A DNA stretch of 32,000 nt from Firmicutes bacterium ADurb.Bin153. GTDB taxonomy: Bacteria; Bacillota; DTU025; MWDF01. The stretch lies in contig MWDF01000003.1 of assembly GCA_002070415.1 (NCBI GenBank), forward strand, positions 25,960-57,959. Direction: 5' to 3'. The position numbers and the translations under genes were made by a program. Shown one piece after another: positions 15,668-22,329 of this stretch (within the stretch, counting starts at the first letter, position 1; every line of letters starts with the position of its first letter). The notes beneath the pieces are model-generated. The model was given only the letters and a program-made list of their open reading frames with translations, was not told the origin of the DNA and did not search any database.

Positions 15668-16726
15668 CTAAGGCCTTCTGAACCGTGCCCTTATCATGCG
15701 ATCCGAGCGCGGGATCATCCTCCCTATGACGCTGTGCATGCATCCGCCGGCCTCCAGGCCCTGCACGAGCGCTCCCAGGGCCTGCTCGGGAATCGCGACA
15801 AGCAGGCCGCCCGACGTCTGGGGGTCGAACATCAGCGACGCCACCGACATCGGCACACCGGCGTCCACTTCGACCTTGTCCGCCAGCCAGGAGCGGTTCC
15901 TGGCTGCGCCGCCGGGAAGGAAGCCCTCCTCTGCGAGCCTTGCCGCCCCAGGCAGAAGCGGCACATCCTCCAGCCATACCTCGGCCGAGGTCCCAGAAGC
16001 TTCCGCCATCTCGAATAGGTGGCCGAAGAATCCGAATCCGGTGATGTCGGTGGCGGCCCTCGCCCCCGCTTCCACCATCGCCTCGGACGCTGCCCTGTTA
16101 AGCGCCAGCATGGAAAGCCTTGCCGCTTCTGCCGACTCCTCGGGGCACATCTCGTTCTTTATCGCGGTCGATATGACCCCCGTGCCTATCGCCTTCGTGA
16201 GCACCAGCATGTCATTCGGCCTCGCGTTGGAGTTCGCCGTTATCCTCGACTTTTCCACGATGCCTGTCACCGAGAGGCCGAACTTGAGGTCCTCGTCCTC
16301 TACTGTGTGCCCGCCGGCCACGACCGCGCCCGCTTCGTTCACCTTCTCGGCGCCGCCTTTCACTATCGCCCCGAGCACCTCCTCGCCCAGATCCCTGGGG
16401 AAGCAGGCTATGTTGAGCGCTATCACCGGCCTTGCGCCCATGGCGTATATGTCGGACAGCGCGTTGGACGCGGCGATGGCGCCGAAATCGTACGGATCGT
16501 CAACTATGGGCGTGAAGAAGTCCACCGTCTGGACTATGGCGATGTCCCCGCCCAGGCTGTACACGGCGGCATCGTCGTAGGTGGCCGTGCCCACGATGAG
16601 GTTCTCGGCTACCTGCGGCGGTATGTGGCTCATTATCCTATGAAGGTCCGCCGGACCCATCTTGGCCGCTCAGCCGGCCTTCGACGATATCGCGGTAAGC
16701 CTTTTCACGGTCTTGGTCCCATCCAT
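15668..16726 (-). CDS. selD: Selenide, water dikinase SelD, Sec-containing form (in-frame UGA at 16672..16670)
   Basis: The tracked ORF (15668..16660) extends in frame through one TGA to ATG 16726, which has SD AAGGAGGAG 5 nt upstream. This gives MDGTKTVKRLTAISSKAG-U-AAKMGPADL.... The UGA aligns to the catalytic Cys of the GAGCGCK loop with Lys at +3. The rest (DDAAVYSL...VDFFTPIVDDPYDFGAIAASNALSDIYAMGARP) is canonical SelD. Confidence 0.9.
16645..16672 (-). other. UGA-Sec codon plus candidate bacterial SECIS hairpin inside selD
   Basis: UGA at 16672..16670. Twelve nt downstream is the stem-loop GGUCC-GGC-GGACC (16657..16645), extendable with G.U and A-U pairs. The apical loop contains G residues, as in bacterial SECIS elements. 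Confidence 0.5.
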
Positions 16727-16759
16727 GGGCACTCCTCCTTCCCGCCGCCTCGCGTCCTG

Positions 16760-17392
16760 CTATTGCTTTTTCTTCTCCGCCTTGGCCTTCTGGGCCTTTT
16801 TGGCGGGCGCCTTCTTGCCCTCAGCTTTCACCTCGGGTTCGGTCAGTATCTCCCTGATCAGCATCTTGGATGCCGACACCATGATGTTCGCCTCGAGCGC
16901 CAGCTTCGAAGCGAGCATGAACATCTGGGTGCTGTCGCACTGGTCCCCCATGTAGTCCATCGCCTCATGCACCTTCTCCGCCACGGATTCGCACGCTTCT
17001 TTCTGCAACTTGAGGTACACCCTGTACTTCTCCTCGGTGGAGATCTCTGCCCCCTTCGCGTTTAGGAGCTTGGATATGTCGGATATGGGCAGAACCTGCT
17101 TGGCGGTATCCAGCATGATGAGGTTGGCTATGTGGTCCTTGTTGTACTTCTTCTTTACGGGCCTTTGTATGGTCCCGTCCTTCACGTAGTTGTTGACCAT
17201 GGACGCGGTGAGCGACCTGGCGTCGTCCTTTGCCCTGTAACCCGAGGACTGCCTTTCGAGCATCGTCAGCACCTGGTCCATGTACAGCTCGATTCCGGGC
17301 AGCTCGTCCCAACCCGGCGCGCTAGTGCCCTCGAGCCTCGTTAGCCACTGGATCACTTTGTCTCGGCATTCCTGCATGGCCACAACCTCCAT
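16760..17392 (-). CDS. DUF1836-family protein with Lys/Ala-rich basic C-terminal tail
   Basis: Contains ...ELYMDQVLTMLE...LTASMVNNYVKDGTIQRPVKKKYNKDHIANLIMLDTAKQVLPISDI..., the DUF1836 core as I recall it. The tail is EVKAEGKKAPAKKAQKAKAEKKKQ. The likely true start is ATG 17377 (SD GGAGG 8 nt upstream). The gene ends 33 nt before the selD start. Confidence 0.7.
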   Translation of the reverse strand: MEVVAMQECRDKVIQWLTRLEGTSAPGWDELPGIELYMDQVLTMLERQSSGYRAKDDARSLTASMVNNYVKDGTIQRPVKKKYNKDHIANLIMLDTAKQVLPISDISKLLNAKGAEISTEEKYRVYLKLQKEACESVAEKVHEAMDYMGDQCDSTQMFMLASKLALEANIMVSASKMLIREILTEPEVKAEGKKAPAKKAQKAKAEKKKQ

Positions 17393-17453
17393 GGGATCTT
17401 CTTAACATTAATTTATCACGCTGTGCACCTCGTGTAAAAACAGTATCGTTCGC

Positions 17454-17482
17454 TTGACATGGTAGGCGGCAAGCCTTAATCT
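17454..17482 (+). promoter_or_regulatory. Candidate sigma70 promoter TTGACA-17-TAATCT for the SGNH hydrolase gene
   Basis: cgcTTGACAtggtaggcggcaagcctTAATCTagta lies in the AT-rich divergent intergenic region, with a consensus -35 and exact 17-nt spacing. Confidence 0.45.
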
Positions 17483-17497
17483 AGTATTAATTACTAG
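17481..17497. promoter_or_regulatory. Inverted repeat CTAGTA-N5-TACTAG overlapping the -10/TSS, operator-like
   Basis: ctagtaTTAATtactag has 6-bp perfect arms and starts inside the TAATCT -10 element. Confidence 0.3.
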
Positions 17498-17534
17498 ATG
17501 TCGTGTCTCTGATGTGTCGGAAGGTGCGGTAAAG

Positions 17535-18248
17535 ATGCCTAAAGATGTATGCGTGCTGGGTGATTCCGTAATACTGGGAGTGGTCTACGACGAGGCGCGA
17601 AGCAGGTACTCGATCCTCAGAGACGGTGCTGTGACTTCGCTCACAAGAGGGCTGGGCATGCGTGTGCACAACCTCGCCAGGATGGGCCAGACGTCCGTCG
17701 AGGCAAGGGAGCGGTTCGCCGAGGCCATCAAGGGGGGCCTCAAGGCGGACGCCCTGCTGATAGAGCTGGGCGGCAACGACTGCGACCTCAACTGGGCTGA
17801 AGTGGGGGCCGATCCCGATTCCGACCACAGCCCGCGCATACCGGTGCCGGTGTTCAAAGAGGCGATAGCCGACATAGCTCACATGGCGGACGCTAACGGG
17901 ATGGCGCCGGTTTTCTTCACGCTTCCTCCCCTGGCGCCGCTCAAGTTCTTCGACTGGGTCACGAAAGACGGCATACCCAAGGACAACGTGATGCGCTTTC
18001 TGGGGGACCTGAGCAGGATATACAGGTGGCAGGAGCTTTATAGCCTCTCCATGATGAAGCTCGCCTCGGAGATAGGGGCCCCGCTGATCGACATAAGGGA
18101 GAGGTTCCTCGTGCAGAAGAACTACGAGGATCGCATATGCCTTGACGGGATCCACCCGAACGCGGGAGGGCACGCGCTCATGAAGAAAGCCATATCGGAC
18201 TTCTTCGGCAGCCGGCCAGGCCGTCTCGGGTCGCTAGCCCCGGCCTAG
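17535..18248 (+). CDS. SGNH/GDSL-family hydrolase (lipase/esterase fold)
   Basis: MPKDVCVLGDSVILG (block I GDS), ELGGNDC (block II/III), DGIHPNAGGH (block V DxxH). ATG 17535 has SD GGAAGGTG 8 nt upstream. The track starts the ORF at GTG 17514. Confidence 0.8.
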   Translation: MPKDVCVLGDSVILGVVYDEARSRYSILRDGAVTSLTRGLGMRVHNLARMGQTSVEARERFAEAIKGGLKADALLIELGGNDCDLNWAEVGADPDSDHSPRIPVPVFKEAIADIAHMADANGMAPVFFTLPPLAPLKFFDWVTKDGIPKDNVMRFLGDLSRIYRWQELYSLSMMKLASEIGAPLIDIRERFLVQKNYEDRICLDGIHPNAGGHALMKKAISDFFGSRPGRLGSLAPA

Positions 18249-18393
18249 ACTTATCTTGCCGCAAACCGTAAACGGTGCCCGGCGGCACATCACCCTCCTT
18301 ATTACTTTTCCTTGGAGGAATATTGCCATTGATGAATAATGTTTACTACGGCAGCTTTTCACGGCTGCCCACTTAAGTATCCGATACGGAGGG

Positions 18394-19098
18394 ATGCAAA
18401 TGCTGAGAGCAAGGATACCCGTTGTTCTTGTGCTTCTCGTCATAGCAGCCTCGGTCGCGGGATGTCTGGCCAGTTATACATTCGATTTCATCGACGAGGG
18501 AGACCTCGTGAACGAGCAGGGCGCCTGGTTCGCTGACGGTCCCACCCATTCGTTCACCGAGCAGGGGCTGTGGATGGCCGATTACATGGTAACGGCACCA
18601 TACGGTTACAGCGGCAACTTCAAGTGCACGTTCGAATTCTACGTAAACTACGGCACCGACCCCGTTGAGTGGATGAGTTTCCTTCTCATCGACGACAAGT
18701 GGCAAGACGGCGTCTCCGTAGCCAAGTTCTTCGGGCTCACCATACATAACTACTCTTCATCTTTCGCTTTGGCATCTCCGGCTTACACCGGCCCCGAGTA
18801 TTCGGTATGGCAGGGTTCGGATTTCGATTACTTCAACGAGAACGCAGAGCCGCCGGGAATGGTCAACAACGCGATCAACGTCGTCGAGATATCAAAGCGG
18901 GGCGAGTACTTCACCGTCCGCATGAACGGCACCGTCCTGGGCTCGACCATGCTCATCAAGCCGGCGAACAGGGCCGCATTCTGGTACCCAGGCGTAAGCG
19001 GCTCGTTCGGCTACCCCGCGCCGCACGGTTTCTTCCTCAGGAGGGTCACCGTCTCGTACTGGCCTGGGACGGAATTGGAGGCGAGCTGGGCATTCTAG
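18394..19098 (+). CDS. Hypothetical lipoprotein, probable beta-jelly-roll (LamG/concanavalin-like) fold
   Basis: Lipobox signal MQMLRARIPVVLVLLVIAASVAGC. The body is rich in aromatic residues and beta-strands, ending ...INVVEISKRGEYFTVRMNGTVLGS...FFLRRVTVSYW. SD ACGGAGGG lies 6 nt upstream. The fold guess is weak. Confidence 0.6.
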   Translation: MQMLRARIPVVLVLLVIAASVAGCLASYTFDFIDEGDLVNEQGAWFADGPTHSFTEQGLWMADYMVTAPYGYSGNFKCTFEFYVNYGTDPVEWMSFLLIDDKWQDGVSVAKFFGLTIHNYSSSFALASPAYTGPEYSVWQGSDFDYFNENAEPPGMVNNAINVVEISKRGEYFTVRMNGTVLGSTMLIKPANRAAFWYPGVSGSFGYPAPHGFFLRRVTVSYWPGTELEASWAF

Positions 19099-19110
19099 GC
19101 GACAACAGAC

Positions 19111-19151
19111 GACGGCCTCCGGCTTTTTAGGCGCCGGAGGCCGTCTTATTA
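19111..19151 (+). terminator. Strong intrinsic terminator shared by the convergent lipoprotein gene and tRNA-Sec
   Basis: Perfect 12-bp stem GACGGCCTCCGG/CCGGAGGCCGTC with an 11-nt loop, followed by TTATTAT on the plus strand. It abuts the 3' end of tRNA-Sec on the minus strand. Confidence 0.65.
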
Positions 19152-19246
19152 TGGCGGGAGTGTGTGGGAATCGAACCCACCGCGGACAACAAGTGCCCGC
19201 CACCGGTTTTGAAGACCGAGGGACCCACCGGGACCCAGCCACCCCC
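19152..19246 (-). tRNA. selC: tRNA-Sec (anticodon UCA), CCA encoded
   Basis: Minus strand: GGGGGTGG-CT-GGGTCC-CGGT-GGGTCC-C-TCGGT-CTTCAAA-ACCGG-T-G-GCGGGCA-CTTGT-TGTCCGC-G-GTGGG-TTCGATT-CCCAC-ACACTCCC-G-CCA. It has an acceptor arm of about 8 bp (one terminal mismatch, one G.U). It has a 6-bp D-stem with a 4-nt loop and a C-U-UCA-A-A anticodon loop. It also has a 7-bp long variable arm, a 5-bp T-stem with a TTCGATT loop, and discriminator G. This is the bacterial 8/5 tRNA-Sec architecture, 95 nt. Confidence 0.9.
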
Positions 19247-19281
19247 GAGTCCGCCTCAGGTTGCGTCAGCCTCCCATCCAC

Positions 19282-19290
19282 ATGATACCA
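19282..19290 (-). promoter_or_regulatory. Possible extended -10 (TGgTATCAT) promoter for tRNA-Sec
   Basis: The minus strand reads gacgaTGGTATCATgtgg about 36 nt upstream of the mature tRNA 5' end. No convincing -35 was found. Confidence 0.25.
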
Positions 19291-19406
19291 TCGTCGAGCG
19301 CCGGTGCAAATGACAAGCCGGCATGATCCCCGTCACGCCGGCCTGCCGGACGCACGCCTCATCCGCGGGCGTATACCCTGCTTGGGCATCAAGCATCGTA
19401 CGTCCG

Positions 19407-19844
19407 TCATCCCTGTTCCGTGCCGTCGTCATCCTTCTTCTTGAACAGTCCCTTGAAGTACCTGAAGACCTCCGCAACCGTCTTGGCTATCTCGATGATG
19501 TTGCCCGCGGTCCCGCCGGCCCTAGAGGCCGCCCCCGTAACTACCCTGTCGACGTTGCCGACCATGTCCGCGGCCTTGTCGGTGATTCCTTTCACGCTTC
19601 CGATGACGCCTTCGGCGCCGTCGGCCACCGCTTTAATGCCCGTCATGGCTTCCTCTGCGCTCTTGATCGCCCCGGGGAGAGCGCCCAGCGTGTCGTCCAC
19701 TTTCCCCCTGTTGGCGTCCACGAGGCCGTTGATCCTCCTTACGAGGCCCACGAGTTGCCAGAGCAGATAGGCCAGGAGGGCCATCGCCACGCCCGCCAGC
19801 GCGAGCAATACCGTACGTAGGAAACCGTCCAGAGTTATCTCCAT
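19407..19844 (-). CDS. DUF948-family membrane-anchored protein
   Basis: An N-terminal TM helix VLLALAGVAMALLAYLLWQLVGLV is followed by a helical repeat region RRINGLVDANRGKVDDTLGALPGAIKSAEEAMTGIKAV..., as in DUF948 proteins. SD GGAAGGGGAG. Its start lies 2 nt after the ytxH-like stop. Confidence 0.65.
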   Translation of the reverse strand: MEITLDGFLRTVLLALAGVAMALLAYLLWQLVGLVRRINGLVDANRGKVDDTLGALPGAIKSAEEAMTGIKAVADGAEGVIGSVKGITDKAADMVGNVDRVVTGAASRAGGTAGNIIEIAKTVAEVFRYFKGLFKKKDDDGTEQG

Positions 19845-19846
19845 AC

Positions 19847-20155
19847 CTACTCCCCTTCCGAGATGGGTGGAACCTCAGTTCCTTCCGCTTCGTTCTCCTG
19901 TAGCACCGTCTTGGGTTCCTGTCCGCCCTCGCCCTTCTTCAGCAGTTCTTCGACCTTGGTCTTGACCTTCCCGGCGGCTTTTTTCGCCGCCTCGGCGATA
20001 TCGGCGCGCGTCTGCTCCCCCGGTTTAGGAGCGAGCATTACGCCGGCCAGGACGCCCGCGGCAAGTCCAAGTCCCAAACCCAGGGCGAAGGACCCGAAGG
20101 AGCCGCAGTTATCGGAACAACACCTGGCTTCCTTCCTGCCGTTATCATCCGCCAT
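19847..20155 (-). CDS. YtxH-domain protein (general-stress-type small membrane protein)
   Basis: FALGLGLGLAAGVLAGVMLAPKPGEQTRADIAEAAKKAAGKVKTKVEELLKKG matches the YtxH pattern (Gly-zipper helix, then APKSG.E.R). Start set at ATG 20155 (SD GGGGGGTGA). The tracked start is 20176. Confidence 0.65.
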   Translation of the reverse strand: MADDNGRKEARCCSDNCGSFGSFALGLGLGLAAGVLAGVMLAPKPGEQTRADIAEAAKKAAGKVKTKVEELLKKGEGGQEPKTVLQENEAEGTEVPPISEGE

Positions 20156-20233
20156 CTTGATCACCCCCCGATGCATGGATTGGCATCATACTTCAAACTT
20201 AAGCTTGACCTGTCTTTCACTATCTATAACGTA

Positions 20234-21685
20234 TCAGGCCGCCTTCTTCTTCCTCCTCTTTATCTCCCCGTATATCGGAAGCGCGAACGACATGGCCGAC
20301 AGTATCAGCAGAACAAGGCTTATCGGCCTTTGGAACACGGCCCACGTCCCGCCTATCATCACGGCCCGCCTAAGGTTCACCTCGGCCATCGTGCCCAGCA
20401 CCATGCCCAGCACCATCGGGGGCAGCGGGAACTTGAACTTCCTCAGTATCCAGCCCAGGATGCCGAAGCCGATGCAGATGGCCACGTCGACCATGGAAGA
20501 GCGCACCGCGTAGCTTCCTATGAGCGCGAAGCTGAATATGAACGGGAAGAGGATCTCCTTCCTCACCCTGGTCACGTTAACCCATATCCTGCTGCCCCAC
20601 GTCCCTACGAACAACATGATTATATTCGCTACGAACATCGAGCTGTACAGGTTGAAGACGACGTCCGGGTGTTTTGTGAACAGTTCCGGGCCGGGCTGGA
20701 GGTCGTGTATCATGAGTGCGCCGATCAGTACAGCCGTCGTGGCGCTGCCGGGTATGCCAAGCGTCAGCATCGGGACCAGGGCCCCGCCCACCGATGCGCT
20801 GTCCGCCGCCTCGCCCGCGCACACGCCCTCCGGGATGCCTGTGCCGAACCTCTCCGGCGTCCTGCTGATGCGCCTTTCTATGTCATACGAGATGAACGCC
20901 GCGATCGTGGCGCCGGCGCCGGGGAATATGCCGACTATGGTGCCGATCACGGATGCGCGCAGCATGGTCCATTTCACCTTCCAGTAATCCCTTATACCGG
21001 GCCAGCTGGTCTTCAACGCGGCCGTGACGTTCTGTGTGACGAAATTGAATTCCGATATCTCGCTGAGGACCTCGCTTATCGCAAGCAGCCCTATCAGCGC
21101 CGGTATGAAAGTGAAGCCGTCATACAACGGCACGTAGTTGAAGTTGAACCTCTTCACGCCGAGTATCGGATCCATTCCCACGGTGCACAGCAGCAGCCCG
21201 ATCAGGGTGGACACGAGCACCTTGAGCCAGTCCTTGCCGCCAAGGCTGGCAGTCGCGGAAAGGCCTAGCACGGCCAGCGAGAAGTACTCCTGCGGCCAGA
21301 ACTTGAGCGCTACCTTGGCCAGGGGCCCGGCGAAGGCGATGAGTATGATCACGCTGAAGATGCCTCCTACGACCGAGGCCACAAGCGACATCCCGAGCCC
21401 CCATCCCGCCCTGCCCTGCTTGCACATCGGATATCCGTCGAAGCTCGTGACCGCGGCGGACGGGGTGCCCGGCGTGTTTATCGTAACGGCGGATATCAGC
21501 GCGTTGGAAGGGTCCATCTTGAACGTGAACGGGACCATAAGGGCCACTCCCATCGAAGGGGAGATGCCGGGCATCGCCCCCGCAAGGATCCCCACCACGA
21601 CTCCGACCGTCATCACAAGGAGAGACTGGAGGTTCATTATCCTTACCAAGCCGTTTAAAAGGTTCGTCACAACCACTGGGATCAC
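20234..21685 (-). CDS. tctA: Tripartite tricarboxylate transporter large permease TctA
   Basis: 483-aa polytopic ORF. Contains GILAGAMPGISPSMGVALMVPFTF, GTPSAAVTSFDGYPM and GIFPGAGATIAAFISYD, the TctA family signatures. Confidence 0.9.
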   Translation of the reverse strand: MIPVVVTNLLNGLVRIMNLQSLLVMTVGVVVGILAGAMPGISPSMGVALMVPFTFKMDPSNALISAVTINTPGTPSAAVTSFDGYPMCKQGRAGWGLGMSLVASVVGGIFSVIILIAFAGPLAKVALKFWPQEYFSLAVLGLSATASLGGKDWLKVLVSTLIGLLLCTVGMDPILGVKRFNFNYVPLYDGFTFIPALIGLLAISEVLSEISEFNFVTQNVTAALKTSWPGIRDYWKVKWTMLRASVIGTIVGIFPGAGATIAAFISYDIERRISRTPERFGTGIPEGVCAGEAADSASVGGALVPMLTLGIPGSATTAVLIGALMIHDLQPGPELFTKHPDVVFNLYSSMFVANIIMLFVGTWGSRIWVNVTRVRKEILFPFIFSFALIGSYAVRSSMVDVAICIGFGILGWILRKFKFPLPPMVLGMVLGTMAEVNLRRAVMIGGTWAVFQRPISLVLLILSAMSFALPIYGEIKRRKKKAA

Positions 21686-21701
21686 ACCTCCCGAACCCGG
21701 C

Positions 21702-22268
21702 CTAGATGTCGAAAACGGCCCTTATGATGCTGCCCAGAGGCAGGCTTACGTACAACAGCCTGTAGAAGACGAGATACGAGAACGCCACCCATGAGCCTGA
21801 GATGAGCAGCGCCATGAGGAATTTCCTATAGCCGAGCGCGTACATGCACATGAAGATGAAAGCCGCGGAGCAGATGAAATAACCGAGGTAGTCCATAAGC
21901 GCCGCGCTGATGATAAGGGCGGACAGGACCGCTATTACCTTGTCGGTCCTTCCCGCCGGTTCCGCCCCCTCCTCCGATCCGGTCAGGGCCCTGTAGATCA
22001 TGAACGCCGAAGATGGAATCAGGAGCCCCGCCCAAAGCCTCGGTATCATGGCCGCCTCGTTGCCGTTGAACATGGACGTCTGCAAGTTGGCGCTCAGCAC
22101 CAGGACGAATATTCCCAGCGAGATGAAGGACGTGCTGATGGCGACCAACCCAGCCATCGTCTTCTTCCCCGTCCTAGACGTCACTATGTAGGCCAGCTGA
22201 GTCGCTATCACGAATGCCGCGAGCATGATGGCAAGGCCGGCGCCCTCCGTAAAATAAGTGATTGACAT
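21702..22268 (-). CDS. tctB: Tripartite tricarboxylate transporter small membrane subunit TctB-like
   Basis: 188-aa protein with 4-5 TM helices, positioned between tctC and tctA. SD GAAGGAGG 7 nt upstream. Assigned mainly by context. Confidence 0.7.
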   Translation of the reverse strand: MSITYFTEGAGLAIMLAAFVIATQLAYIVTSRTGKKTMAGLVAISTSFISLGIFVLVLSANLQTSMFNGNEAAMIPRLWAGLLIPSSAFMIYRALTGSEEGAEPAGRTDKVIAVLSALIISAALMDYLGYFICSAAFIFMCMYALGYRKFLMALLISGSWVAFSYLVFYRLLYVSLPLGSIIRAVFDI

Positions 22269-22287
22269 GTCAACGCCTCCTTCACGG

Positions 22288-22321
22288 GGGCAGGGCGCAC
22301 CGATTCGAGTGCGCCCTGCCC
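22288..22321 (-). other. Intercistronic perfect 13-bp GC hairpin between tctC and tctB (no U-tract)
   Basis: GGGCAGGGCGCAC-N8-GTGCGCCCTGCCC starts 8 nt after the tctC stop and ends 19 nt before the tctB ATG. Confidence 0.6.
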
Positions 22322-22329
22322 GTCCTCGC

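Noticed and set aside
17393-19260. A selC-associated genomic island (integration at the tRNA-Sec 3' end).
   Set aside because: There is no integrase, transposase or phage gene. I could find no direct repeat of the tRNA 3' end (GTTCGATTCCCAC...) near 17400..17520. Only two ordinary-looking genes are present. This is kept only as a low-level synteny question in the findings.
19247-19406. The 160-nt gap between DUF948 and tRNA-Sec as a small ORF, a Sec read-through extension of DUF948 (whose stop is TGA), or an sRNA.
   Set aside because: The downstream frame hits further TGA codons within a few codons. No SD/start combination or conserved-looking structure is evident. It is most simply the tRNA promoter and leader region.
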